From NCBI GenBank assembly GCA_963835945.1, contig CAWIHR010000011.1, positions 2,447 to 66,446 of the forward strand: DNA of 64,000 nucleotides, in the 5' to 3' direction. Position 1 is the stretch's first letter; the number at the start of each line of letters is the position of its first letter. The stretch is from an uncultured Chloroflexia bacterium. GTDB lineage: Bacteria; Chloroflexota; Limnocylindria; Limnocylindrales; CSP1-4. A program made the translations under genes and the position numbers. Below the pieces are notes generated by a model. That model saw only the letters and a list, made by a program, of their open reading frames with translations, made no database searches and was not told the DNA's origin. Positions 40,253-49,733 of the stretch are shown in pieces.

Positions 40253-41326
40253 TCATCCCTCGCTTCCAGCGGCCGGCCGGGAGCGCCGCTCGAGCAAGGC
40301 CCTCAGAGCCTCTGGCGACGTTCGCCCCGACGCCGCGAGTGCCCCAAGGATACGCGATCGGGCCACGTGTTCTCGCTCGAACTCATCGCGCCCGAGCCCC
40401 ACGCGCATCGCCAGCTCGGCGATCAACCCCCTCTCGAAGTGCTCCACGACGTCGCGCTCACGGTCCCACGTCGTAAGCACGGCGGGTGGGCGCCGCTGGA
40501 AGTGCCCGGCCGCGTCACGCTCAAGCGGGCGGATGTAGTAGCACGCGGCGACTCGCCATACGCCTGCCTCGACCGCCGGGCCCGCCCCGACAACCGGCGG
40601 CTCCGATCGCTCCGGTACCGACCGGGCCGCCCGCGGTGTCCGTCGCGAGCGCGTCCCTTCGGCGGCGCCGGTGTCCGCCACGCCGGGGTCGATCGGCGCG
40701 CCGAGGCTGGACATGACAAAGACAACGCCCAGCCGTCGCAGCTCGTCGGCGCTGACTGACGCGGGCGGCGAAGCAAGACGAGCGAGCACTTGCTCGAGCG
40801 AATCGGCATGCATGGTCGCGCCGAGGCCATAGCCGCGTTGGAGGGCGCGGACCACGAGCCGAAGCCGCGGCCCGAACAGGCCTGCCCCCGGGTCCGAACC
40901 GATGTCGTCGGCGACGAGGTACGTTGTCTCGGGCGGCGCCATCTTTCGCGGCGGCAGCGCGATCGCGAAGCGCCGCGGCGTCGCGGGATGGGCCTCGCCC
41001 GGGGCGGCCAGCGGCTCGTCGTCGCCGATCCAGCCCAGCGCCGCCGCGTCGCCGAGCCAGTCGAACGTCTCGCGCGAGCCCTGCAGGTCGATCCGCTCGA
41101 CCACGGGCGGCAGGAAGGCCAGGAACGCCTCAAGCATCGCCCGCATGGGCGCTGCGTCCTCCGCCGCAGCGACGATCAGCGGTACGTTGGCCTCCACGGT
41201 GATCCAGAGCAACGCGCCAAGCTCGGCGTCGAGAACACGCGACGCAACGAGGCCGGGAACGGTAAGAGAGGCCGCCGGCGCCCGGGATGGACGCCACCGG
41301 CCCGTTCCCTGCGGGAGACGATCCAC
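40253..41326 (-). CDS. Degenerate FlaI/CpaF/VirB11-like secretion-ATPase homologue lacking Walker A/B residues
   Basis: The order of conserved blocks follows T2SS/T4P-type ATPases. VPLIVAAAEDAAPMRAMLEAFLAFLPP..ERIDLQGSRE stands in for NILVAGGTGSGKTTLLNALLSFIPP..ERIVTIEDT.E. YLVADDIG stands in for IIVGEVRG. RGYGLGATMHADSLEQVLARL stands in for TGH.G..T.HA.S...AL.RL. The tail WDRERDVVEHFERGLIAELAMRVGLGRDEFEREHVARSRILGALAASG resembles the FlaI-type C-terminus. This rests on by-eye alignment only. Confidence 0.45.
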   Translation of the reverse strand: MDRLPQGTGRWRPSRAPAASLTVPGLVASRVLDAELGALLWITVEANVPLIVAAAEDAAPMRAMLEAFLAFLPPVVERIDLQGSRETFDWLGDAAALGWIGDDEPLAAPGEAHPATPRRFAIALPPRKMAPPETTYLVADDIGSDPGAGLFGPRLRLVVRALQRGYGLGATMHADSLEQVLARLASPPASVSADELRRLGVVFVMSSLGAPIDPGVADTGAAEGTRSRRTPRAARSVPERSEPPVVGAGPAVEAGVWRVAACYYIRPLERDAAGHFQRRPPAVLTTWDRERDVVEHFERGLIAELAMRVGLGRDEFEREHVARSRILGALAASGRTSPEALRALLERRSRPAAGSEG

Positions 41327-41419
41327 GAGGCCTCCGGGGACGACGGGCAGAGTTCTGAGGCGCGAGCGTACGCGCGGGCCGTCGGCGCGTCAAACGAGCG
41401 GGACGCCATCCTGAGTGGA

Positions 41420-42058
41420 TCAGTTGGGCAGCCGCCCCGCCCTGGCGATCATCTCGAGCAGCGGCCGCTCCCGTGCGATGGTCGTTGACGAGCCATGCCC
41501 GGGCAGCACGCGCAGCGGGTCGTCAAGGAGCGCCAGCCGTGCCAGGGACGAGACCATCGCATCGGCCGATCCGCCCGGCAGGTCCACGCGGCCCCAGCCG
41601 CCTCTGAACAGAGTGTCGCCGGAGAAGAGCAGCCCGTCGTCTGGCGCCGCGAGACATACCGAACCTTCCGTGTGGCCCGGCGTGTGCAGCACCTGCAGGA
41701 GGATCGACCCGAACCGGATACGGCCGCGCTCGGCCAGTTCGACCGCCGGCACCGACGGCGGGATCGGAAACGGCGCGCCGAGCGGATCCGGGTGCTCCAG
41801 CCCGTGCCGGTCCAGCGCGTGGCACGCGATCGGCGCCCCTGTCGCCGCCTGCACGGCGGCGTTGTCGCCGACGTGATCCCAGTGGCAATGCGTGCTCACG
41901 ACCAGTTTTAGCGTCCAACCACGGTCGGCCAGCTGTTCGCCGATCCACGCCGCCGACGGCGTGGCGGTGTCGATCGCGAGCGCCTCGCGCCTCTCCGGAT
42001 CACCGAGGAGGTAGACGTTGGTCGCCAGGGGACCGGTCGAACGCCAGATCAGTTCCAC
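41420..42058 (-). CDS. MBL-fold metallo-hydrolase (glyoxalase II-like)
   Basis: STHCHWDHVGDN (HxHxDH), HTPGHTEGS, FSGDTLF and LPGHG. Confidence 0.85.
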   Translation of the reverse strand: MELIWRSTGPLATNVYLLGDPERREALAIDTATPSAAWIGEQLADRGWTLKLVVSTHCHWDHVGDNAAVQAATGAPIACHALDRHGLEHPDPLGAPFPIPPSVPAVELAERGRIRFGSILLQVLHTPGHTEGSVCLAAPDDGLLFSGDTLFRGGWGRVDLPGGSADAMVSSLARLALLDDPLRVLPGHGSSTTIARERPLLEMIARAGRLPN

Positions 42059-42106
42059 CGCCGCGCTCCTGGTGCCCCGCGATCGGATGCCCTGGCCAAA
42101 CCCACG

Positions 42107-43147
42107 CTACCGGCGCGCGGATCCGGGAGCGCCCAACGATCTCCCCAGCGTGGGGCCCGCGTCGGGTAGCGCGTCGCCGATGCCACGCTCCTGGCGAACC
42201 CGGCGGGCGGCCTCGACGACGACGCGCATCTTGGCCTTCGCCTCATCGACCGTCCGCGTCTTGAGCCCACAGTCCGGATCGACAAAGATCCGTTCGGGCG
42301 GCAGCACCTCCAGCGCCCGCCGGATCCCGTCAGCCGCCTCATCCACCGACTCGATGCGGTGGCTGTGCACGTCCACGACCCCGAGGCCGATCGCCTTGGT
42401 GAAGGGAACCTCTCGGAAGCGCTCGAGCAAGTCGTATCCAGAGTTGGCCATCTCAAGGTCGACCTGGTCGACCGGGATGTCGAGCATGGTTGGGTACGCA
42501 TGCATGAAATCCCCGTAGCAGAGGTGCGTGATCGCGTGGGCGTTCAGGCCATCGGTCACGATGGCCATCGCCTCGGCGACCAGCGGTAGCTCGTCCATCC
42601 TCGCTGACGCCGCGGGCTCGTCCACTTGGATAAAGGCCGCTCCTGCAGCCGCGAGGTCCATTGCCTCCTCGTGGATTGCGCGTGCCAGGCCGAGGACGAA
42701 CTCTCGCCGCGAGCCGTAGTGCTCATCGAAGCTCCAGTCGGCGATCGTATAGGGGCCCGTCAGCATCCCTTTGACCGGGCGGCTAGTCAAGGACTGGGCG
42801 AACCGCCACGCGTCGAGCGTGATGGGGTGCGCCCGTCGAACATCGCCCACGGCGATAGGCTTGCGGTAGTAGCGGTTGCCGTAGCTCCGCACGAGGCCGC
42901 CGATCTCGAAGCCCGTCAGCTCCTCGGCGAAGTAGGTCGCCATGTCACCGCGGTACATCTCACCGTCGACCAGGATGTCGACTCCAAGCTCCTCCTGGAA
43001 TCGGATCCAGTCCTCGGTCGCCCGGCGCTCCAGGGCGTGCAGTGCCTCGTCGCCAATGCGTCCGGCGGAGTGGTCGGCGCGGGCGCGCAGGAGCTCCGGC
43101 GGCTTGGGGAAGGATCCGACGGAGGTGGTCCAGAGGCCATTGCTCAT
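42107..43147 (-). CDS. MetE C-terminal-domain-like (core methionine synthase / vitamin-B12-independent methionine synthase family) protein
   Basis: 346 aa with VGSFPKPPEL, LVDGEMYRGDM, IQVDEP, THLCYGDF (His/Cys zinc ligands), VDLEMANSG and FVDPDCGLKTR (Cys ligand). Confidence 0.8.
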   Translation of the reverse strand: MSNGLWTTSVGSFPKPPELLRARADHSAGRIGDEALHALERRATEDWIRFQEELGVDILVDGEMYRGDMATYFAEELTGFEIGGLVRSYGNRYYRKPIAVGDVRRAHPITLDAWRFAQSLTSRPVKGMLTGPYTIADWSFDEHYGSRREFVLGLARAIHEEAMDLAAAGAAFIQVDEPAASARMDELPLVAEAMAIVTDGLNAHAITHLCYGDFMHAYPTMLDIPVDQVDLEMANSGYDLLERFREVPFTKAIGLGVVDVHSHRIESVDEAADGIRRALEVLPPERIFVDPDCGLKTRTVDEAKAKMRVVVEAARRVRQERGIGDALPDAGPTLGRSLGAPGSARR

Positions 43148-44283
43148 GTGCGGCTCCTGTCTGCGGCGGCGGCCGGTCGCTCGGGTGGCGGCGCATGACG
43201 GCCCGGCCCGGCGCTGCGCCCGTCGACGGCGAGCGGGTCGGTCGCTCGTGCGAGCTCGTCGGGATCAGTGCTCGCGGCCGTGCGGGCAGCCTGGACGAGC
43301 GCCTCAACCTTCGCCTTCGCGCGATCGCGCGGCAGGTACTCCAGCCCAGTCGAGGGCGACAGAGCGACCCGGTCGAGCCCACGGACGGACGTGGCCGCGG
43401 CATACAGGGCGGCCCGAACCATCGCGTGTTCCTCGTCCGGACGGGTGTTCCGGGCGTCGGCCACGCCGCACACGATTTCGCGGTCGTGCGGTGCGCAGGC
43501 GATCAGCGCCCAGTTGTCCGGGCCGGCGACTAGGTCGAACAGATAGCTCCGGAACGGCAGGTCGAACAGCGCCGACGCCCCCACTCCCACGGCGGTGCCC
43601 ATCGTGACCGCCAGGCAGAGATGGGCGTCCTCGAGCCCCTCCCCCACGCGACGCAACGCGTCCGCAGCCAGCCTGCGCTCGGCCTCGTCGTCCGAGCGGA
43701 TCAGCGTGAGCGCGTTCTCGTCGAGCTGGATCACAGGCACCCCGGCGGCGTGAAGCGCATGGAGTTCCTCGTTGAGCGCCTCTGCCAGCGCGAGCACGAG
43801 CCGCTCGTGACCCACCTGGCCCGGGTCCGAGAGGCGCCCCAGCGTGTAGGGGCCCACGACGCACTGCTTGACGGGTGGGACCGCAACCCCCCGCCGCTCC
43901 GCCAGCGAGATGGCCGTCTCGTGCGCGAACGTCCAGTCGGCGACCGTCACCGAGGCCTCCCACCGGGGAGTCTCTACGGCCCGCGGCTGACGGTAGTAGG
44001 TGTTTGTGTCGAAGTAGCGGAGCAGACCCGTAGTCTCGAACCCTCGCAGCCCCCCGGCGATCGCGGTCTGCGGGTCGTCCCAGCGCACCTGGCCGTCGGT
44101 CAGCAGCGCCAAGCCGGCGTCCAACTGCTCGGCCATGACCTCGCGCACGAGTTCGTCTTGCACCGCTCGGTAGGCTGCCGGGTTGATCTCGCCGCGCTCG
44201 AGCCGGGCACGAGCGGCGCGGAGCCGGAACGCCTGCCCGGGCAGCGGGGTACGTGGGTAGGCACCGACGAGGGTGGCGAACAT
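43144..44283 (-). CDS. MetE N-terminal-domain-like protein (no zinc-ligand motifs seen)
   Basis: MFATLVGAYPRTP...LLTDGQVRWDD...YFDTNTYYRQP...VVGPYTL...IQLDENAL follows the MetE barrel pattern but lacks the H-x-C and D-x-C motifs. It overlaps the downstream core gene by 4 nt. The tracked ORF extends to 44391. Confidence 0.6.
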   Translation of the reverse strand: MFATLVGAYPRTPLPGQAFRLRAARARLERGEINPAAYRAVQDELVREVMAEQLDAGLALLTDGQVRWDDPQTAIAGGLRGFETTGLLRYFDTNTYYRQPRAVETPRWEASVTVADWTFAHETAISLAERRGVAVPPVKQCVVGPYTLGRLSDPGQVGHERLVLALAEALNEELHALHAAGVPVIQLDENALTLIRSDDEAERRLAADALRRVGEGLEDAHLCLAVTMGTAVGVGASALFDLPFRSYLFDLVAGPDNWALIACAPHDREIVCGVADARNTRPDEEHAMVRAALYAAATSVRGLDRVALSPSTGLEYLPRDRAKAKVEALVQAARTAASTDPDELARATDPLAVDGRSAGPGRHAPPPERPAAAADRSRT

Positions 44284-44382
44284 GCGGACTCCGGGCGTGG
44301 GGTGAGGACGCTGGAATTGTACGGGAATTGTCCTGACCGCCGGTTGCGTCGCTGGGTCCGTTCCCGGGACAGAGCGCTGTGG

Positions 44383-46071
44383 ATGCTTCACAATCGCCCC
44401 GTGCCGCCGTCCGCAGATCCGGCCAAGCTAGGACGCGCGCTCGTCCCCGCGGTCGTGGTGCGCGGCACCCGCGGCGCGGTCGCCTCGCCCCACGCGCTCG
44501 CCACACAGGCGGGGATCTGGACCCTCCGGGCCAGAGGGACCGCCGTCGATGCGGCGATCGCCACGAACGCGGCACTGGCCGTCGTGACCAGTTACATGTG
44601 CGGCCTCGGGGGAGACGCGTTCTGGCTCATCTGGACGCCGACAGGCGGCCTGGAGGCTCTGAACGGCAGCGGTCGGTCCGCAGGCGGCGCGACGCTTCAG
44701 GCCGCGCGGACGGCCGGGTTCACCACCATGCCGGTTCGAGGACCGTGGACGGTGACCGTTCCGGGAGCCGTCCGTTCGTGGGGCGACGCGCACGAACGGC
44801 ACGGTCGGCTGCCGTGGCACGAGCTCTTCGGGCCCGCGATCGAACTCGCCGACGGGTTCCCGGCGAGTCCCGCCTGGTGCGCCGCGGTCGAGCGAGCCGC
44901 GCGGACCTTCGGCGCAGACTCCGACTGGGCGCGCGTCTTCCGGCCACGCCGCAGGCCGTGGCAGACCGGCGAGGTCGTGCGGTTGCCGACGCTCGCCGGG
45001 ACGCTGCGCCGGCTGGCCCTGGAGGGACCGGGCGATGCCTACGAAGGCGACCTCGGGCGCCGCGCGGCCGACTACCTCGAGTCGGCCGGCTCTCTCCTGC
45101 GTGCGGACGACCTCGCCCGGCACGCGTCCACGTGGGATCTGCCGCTGCGGGCGACCTATCGGGGCGTCGAGACGACGTCCCACCCACCCAACAGCTCTGG
45201 TGTGGTTGCTCTCCAGTTGCTCCAGGTCCTCCAGCAACTCGACCCACCGTCACCGGCCGCCTTCGGTCCTCAGGGGGTGACGGACGTGCGCTGGGTGCAC
45301 CTCGTCGTCGAGGCCGCTCGGCTGGCGATCAGGGACCGCGACACGTATCTGACGGACCCGGACGCGATCCCAGCCGGGACGCTCATCGAGATCCTCGGTC
45401 GGGGACACGCGGCCATGTTGGCGGCCCGCATCGACCCTGCTCGGGCACTCGCGCTGGCTCCCTCGACTACGCCCCGCGGTGGTGGCACCGTCTACCTCGC
45501 CACTGCTGACGCGTCAGGCATGGCCGTCAGCCTGATCCAGTCGAACTACGCCGGCTTCGGCTCAGGACTGGTCGACCCACAGACCGGGATCGCCTACCAC
45601 AACCGCGGGGCGTTCTTCTCGTTGGACCCCGCACATGCCAACGTGCTGGCGCCCCGCAAACGGACCATGCACACGCTGACACCGGGCATGCTGTTCCGCG
45701 ATGGCCGTCCCTGGATCGTGCACGGGTCGATGGGCGGCGAGATCCAGCCACAGGTGTTCGCCCAGTTCGTTTCGTCGGTCGTCGACGGCGGCCGGCCGAT
45801 CGAGGACGCTGTCGCGGCGCCCAGGTTCGCGGGCGACGCGGACACTCATGGCGCGCCGCGTGAGCTAACCCGTCTGGAGCGCGGCATGCTGCCCGCGGTC
45901 GGCGATGCGCTCGCCGCCATGGGTCATGCCGTCGCGTGGGTGCCGCCGCTGTCGAGCGAACTCGGCCACGAGCACGCCGTCGAGATTCTGTATCGGCCAC
46001 ACACGGACGTGCCCGTGTCGTTCGCGGCCACCGCCGATCCACGCTCCGAGGGACTTCCCGGTGCATGGTGA
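44383..46071 (+). CDS. ggt: Gamma-glutamyltransferase family protein
   Basis: GAVASPHALATQAGIWTLRARGTAVDAAIATNAALAVV, MCGLGGDAFW, GGGTVYLATADASGMAVSLIQSN (Thr nucleophile region) and HGSMGGEIQPQ. It starts at ATG 44383 inside the longer tracked ORF. Confidence 0.85.
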   Translation: MLHNRPVPPSADPAKLGRALVPAVVVRGTRGAVASPHALATQAGIWTLRARGTAVDAAIATNAALAVVTSYMCGLGGDAFWLIWTPTGGLEALNGSGRSAGGATLQAARTAGFTTMPVRGPWTVTVPGAVRSWGDAHERHGRLPWHELFGPAIELADGFPASPAWCAAVERAARTFGADSDWARVFRPRRRPWQTGEVVRLPTLAGTLRRLALEGPGDAYEGDLGRRAADYLESAGSLLRADDLARHASTWDLPLRATYRGVETTSHPPNSSGVVALQLLQVLQQLDPPSPAAFGPQGVTDVRWVHLVVEAARLAIRDRDTYLTDPDAIPAGTLIEILGRGHAAMLAARIDPARALALAPSTTPRGGGTVYLATADASGMAVSLIQSNYAGFGSGLVDPQTGIAYHNRGAFFSLDPAHANVLAPRKRTMHTLTPGMLFRDGRPWIVHGSMGGEIQPQVFAQFVSSVVDGGRPIEDAVAAPRFAGDADTHGAPRELTRLERGMLPAVGDALAAMGHAVAWVPPLSSELGHEHAVEILYRPHTDVPVSFAATADPRSEGLPGAW

Positions 46072-46263
46072 CGGCGGGCCAAACCTGCAGAAGCGGCTCG
46101 CCGGGAGCTCAACACCGAACGGTGCACGGCCGAACGCGGCCTGCTCCTCGCTATACTCTCGGTCGGCCGGTCGCGCCGCGCTCACAACCTCCGCGGCTGG
46201 CCGTCCCGTCTTCGTGGTCGCCTGCCGACCACGTGCCCGGCCAAGCGGAAGAGAGCTGGACTG

Positions 46264-46542
46264 GTGAGCTCGAACATCGGCCAGAACTACCCCTACTCTC
46301 GCGAGTCTGAGGCCCAGCGCTGCGCGGCGGTCGAGCGCGCGGTAGGCGCATTCGAAGGCCTGGGGGCCCGCATCTCGGCCGAAGCGACGCCACTCCCGGC
46401 GCCGGTGCCGGACGACACATGGTGGGTCTGGGCATGCCCGGCCGACGGAGCAGTCGGCCGGCTACACGTCGCCGGATACGCCCGCGAACAGCGCGCCATC
46501 TACGCGATCTGCGACAACTGCGGAGCGTCGTTCCTGCGCTGA
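46264..46542 (+). CDS. Small hypothetical protein
   Basis: 92-aa ORF with protein-like composition (…WWVWACPADGAVGRLHVAGYAREQRAIYAICDNCGASFLR). No family recognised. Confidence 0.45.
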   Translation: MSSNIGQNYPYSRESEAQRCAAVERAVGAFEGLGARISAEATPLPAPVPDDTWWVWACPADGAVGRLHVAGYAREQRAIYAICDNCGASFLR

Positions 46543-46546
46543 TCCC

Positions 46547-47812
46547 TCACGGTCCGCCGAGCGCGCAGAGCATCCCGGCTAGGAGCGTGATCCGGTCCAC
46601 CACCGAGCCCACTTCGACGTATTCGTCGGGCGAGTGATCGAGCCCGCCCACCGGCCCCATCCCGTCAAGCGTCGGAAGACCCGCGCCGGCGGTTGTGTTG
46701 GCGTCCGAGGCGCCTCCCGTCGACGCGTCGCGCAACTCGAACCCGAGCGACTTCGCGAGCGCCACCGCAGCATCGACCAGGTCGGCCGTGCCAGGCAGCC
46801 GCTCCATCGGCCAGTGGCGGCCGTGCCGCGCCATCTCGCACGTCACGTCAGGCACAGTCGTCCGGGCCGCGATCCGGCTAACCGCCGCTTCGGCCGCCTC
46901 AAGCGCGTCCCGTGTAGAAGCCCGAAGATCGACCTCAAGCACTGCCTCGTCGGCAACGACGTTCGGCCGCGTGCCACCGCGGAACACGCCGACATTGCAG
47001 GTCACGCCCGGCCAGCGGCCGTTCAGCGCCTGCAGCGAGATCGTCTTGTGGGCCGCCTCCAAGACGGCGCTCCGGCCCCTCTCCGGCTCCACGCCGGCGT
47101 GCGCCGCTCGGCCCCGGATCCGCAACTCGAGCGACTCGTTGCCCTTCCGGGAGCTCACGATATCGCCGTTCGCCCGCGCACACTCCAAGACGAGCGCCGC
47201 GTCGTGGCGTGTGGCGCACGCTCGTATCAACGGGGTGCTCACCGGCGACCCGATCTCCTCGTCGGGATTTGCCAGAAACGTCAACCGAGCGAGCGGCAAC
47301 CAAGGCAGCGCAGCGTGAACATTGACGGCTGCTGGCTCGACTGTCACGTCCGTCGACTCGCCCGTGGCCGCGGGCGATCGGCTGCGTTGCCCAGCCGTTG
47401 AGCGCAGCGCCCGCAACGCGTACACGCCGGCCAGCAGCCCCGACTTCATGTCGCACGCGCCGGGACCGTGAGCACGGCCACTCTCGACGCGGAAGGGCCT
47501 CGCTGCCGCCGTCCCCGGCTCGAACACGGTGTCCAGGTGCCCGATCGCAAGCACTCGGGCCGTGCCCGCGCCCTGGAATACCGCCTCGACTGTGGCGCCC
47601 AGCTGGGCGTTGGGGTGGACCTCCACTGTGGCCCCGAGCTCGCGCAGGGCGTCCGTGATCCACCGCCCGACTTCGTCGACTCCCGACTTCGTATAGGACC
47701 CGCTGTCCACGGTCACGAGCCGCCCCAGGTCGGCCAGGTACTCGGGCAGCGCCCGGCCTGCGGCGTCGCGGAGCCGAACAAGCGTGTCGCTGGACACCTG
47801 CGCGAGCCGCAC
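46547..47812 (-). CDS. M20-family metallopeptidase (carboxypeptidase G2-like)
   Basis: LAIGHLDTVF, GACDMKSG, NPDEEIGS, KGNESLELRIRGRAAHAG and GGASDAN. Confidence 0.85.
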   Translation of the reverse strand: MRLAQVSSDTLVRLRDAAGRALPEYLADLGRLVTVDSGSYTKSGVDEVGRWITDALRELGATVEVHPNAQLGATVEAVFQGAGTARVLAIGHLDTVFEPGTAAARPFRVESGRAHGPGACDMKSGLLAGVYALRALRSTAGQRSRSPAATGESTDVTVEPAAVNVHAALPWLPLARLTFLANPDEEIGSPVSTPLIRACATRHDAALVLECARANGDIVSSRKGNESLELRIRGRAAHAGVEPERGRSAVLEAAHKTISLQALNGRWPGVTCNVGVFRGGTRPNVVADEAVLEVDLRASTRDALEAAEAAVSRIAARTTVPDVTCEMARHGRHWPMERLPGTADLVDAAVALAKSLGFELRDASTGGASDANTTAGAGLPTLDGMGPVGGLDHSPDEYVEVGSVVDRITLLAGMLCALGGP

Positions 47813-47960
47813 AAGCGGAGTCTACGCGGCCGCGCGTCCAGCTCGTCGGCCTCGCGGCCCGCACCCGGCCCCACCGCAGCCGCCCCCGACGGTGCTGCGG
47901 CGGTACCATCGATGCGTTCCGCCCGCCGGTCTGCGCGGCGGCAGCCTTCTGGACCGAACC

Positions 47961-48914
47961 GTGAACGCGACATCGGAGCACTCCCTCGTCGGCCGCATCG
48001 ATCGGCCGACTCGGCGACGCGCCGGCGTCTACGCCCGAGCCCTGCGCCGCGAGACATCGCGCCTCCGCGATCCGCGGCGGTTGCTGGCGATCCTGCTGCT
48101 CGCTCTGACGGGCGGCCTCATGGTGGCGTTCCTGGTCGCCCGCGGCGAGCTCGCCGGGGCCGACGCGAGGGCGTACTGGGCTGGGGTTCGCGTCTGGCTC
48201 GCGGGGGGCGATCCGTTCCACCCTGGCGGCGTCTTCCTGCCGTACGTCTACGCGCCGTGGCTGCTGCCCCTGTTCCTCCCATGGGCACTCCTGCCGTGGA
48301 CGGTCGCCTGGGCAGTGTGGCGGGGCGCGAACGTACTGCTGTTCCTTTGGTCAGCCGAATGGGCCTATCGGCGGCACCCGCTCGCGACCGCGATCGCGGT
48401 CGTCCTAATCTCCCTGCCACTCATCGCCACGTTCGACAGCGGCAACGTGACCCTGCTGCTGACGCTCGCGGTGTGGCTCGCACAGTTCAGCGGACCGCGC
48501 CTCGGCGGGGCCCTCTGGGCCCTCGCCGCGAGCATGAAGTGGTTCCCCGCTGCGTTGTTCGTGTTTCTTCCTCCGCGAGCCCGGGCCTGGGGGCTCGTCG
48601 CCGGGGCGTTCGCCATCCTGCTCGCACTCGCAACGTGGCCCGCGACGCTGCTCCAGATCAACACGGCACTCAACTTCCCGCGCCCGCTGCGCATCGACTA
48701 CGTGCTGCTCCTGTGGGCCGCGATCCCCTGGCTGTGGCGCCATGCACACCCGCTCTGGTGGGCGAACAGGCGCGAGCTCCCTCGCGCCGTGCGCCTCGCG
48801 CGCGGCCGGGTGGCGGCAGCCTGGGCATACGCACGAACCGACCCAGACCAGGCGCGGCTGCAGGCACGCCGCGGGATTGGAGCGCGCGTCAGGGCGTTCT
48901 TCGGGTTGGCCTGA
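47961..48914 (+). CDS. Polytopic membrane protein, GT87/DUF2029-like glycosyltransferase
   Basis: YWAGVRVWLAGGDPF...YVYAPWLLPLFLPWALLPW... and further TM helices are typical of DUF2029 mannosyltransferase-like proteins. GTG 47961 is chosen as the start; the tracked ORF begins at 47784 and overlaps the M20 gene. Confidence 0.55.
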   Translation: MNATSEHSLVGRIDRPTRRRAGVYARALRRETSRLRDPRRLLAILLLALTGGLMVAFLVARGELAGADARAYWAGVRVWLAGGDPFHPGGVFLPYVYAPWLLPLFLPWALLPWTVAWAVWRGANVLLFLWSAEWAYRRHPLATAIAVVLISLPLIATFDSGNVTLLLTLAVWLAQFSGPRLGGALWALAASMKWFPAALFVFLPPRARAWGLVAGAFAILLALATWPATLLQINTALNFPRPLRIDYVLLLWAAIPWLWRHAHPLWWANRRELPRAVRLARGRVAAAWAYARTDPDQARLQARRGIGARVRAFFGLA

Positions 48915-49725
48915 AGGGCGGCTGGCAGGTCGGGCACCAGTACACCCGCCTGGCGAGCGGTCCGGTCGCCAGGCTGCGGATGACTGTCCCGCAGCGCCGG
49001 CAGGGACGTCCGGCCCGGCCATACACCCACAGCCTGCCGCCACGCCGTCCGGGACTGAGCCCGTCGTCCGGCTCAACGGTGGTGCGGTACGGGCTGTGCA
49101 GGTTCGCCGCGAGGAGCCGTCGTGCCGTCGCCACGACGCGGGCGAGCGTCGCGTCGTCGAGCGCATCAAGCGGGGTGATCGGATCGAGACGCTCCAGAAA
49201 GCAGACCTCGCTCCGGTAGACGTTGCCGATCCCGGCCAGCGCCCGCTGGTCCAGCAGGGCGTCAGCGATCGGGACGCCTTCGCGGCCGACGGCCCGCAGG
49301 CGCGCCACGGCCTCCTCTGGGTTCGGCACGGCGGAAAGCAGGTCCGGCCCGAGCCGGGAGAGCACGGGGTGTACCGGAAGCGCCCGGGTCTCGACGAGCT
49401 CGACGGTCGGCGCCGCGAAGCAGACGGCCACCGCGCCGGGCACCTCGACGACCGCCACCGCTCTGGCCAGCGACCGCCGCCAAGGCTCCCCTTCGCGATA
49501 CCGGTGCCAGGATCCGTGCATCCCTAGGTGCGTGTGTAGTGTCAGGCCGCCGCTTGCCTCGACCAGGAGGTGCTTGCCACGTGTCTCGACGGCGATGATC
49601 GTGCGTCCCGCCACCAGCTCCAGCCGTGCGCCGCCGGGGCGGCCGCGCGCCACCGCCACCGTTCGGCCCAGCAGCGCGGCCCGCAAGACCTCGGCCGTCC
49701 GGAACAGCGTGTCCCCCTCGGGCAT
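48889..49725 (-). CDS. nei: Fpg/Nei-family DNA glycosylase (endonuclease VIII-like)
   Basis: MPEGDTL (catalytic Pro2/Glu3), H2TH region LDQRALAGIGNVYRSEVCF and zinc finger CRRCGTVIR...YWCPTCQ. It forms the last 278 codons of ORF 48889-50568. Confidence 0.85.
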   Translation of the reverse strand: MPEGDTLFRTAEVLRAALLGRTVAVARGRPGGARLELVAGRTIIAVETRGKHLLVEASGGLTLHTHLGMHGSWHRYREGEPWRRSLARAVAVVEVPGAVAVCFAAPTVELVETRALPVHPVLSRLGPDLLSAVPNPEEAVARLRAVGREGVPIADALLDQRALAGIGNVYRSEVCFLERLDPITPLDALDDATLARVVATARRLLAANLHSPYRTTVEPDDGLSPGRRGGRLWVYGRAGRPCRRCGTVIRSLATGPLARRVYWCPTCQPPFRPTRRTP

Positions 49726-49733
49726 CGCGTCGC

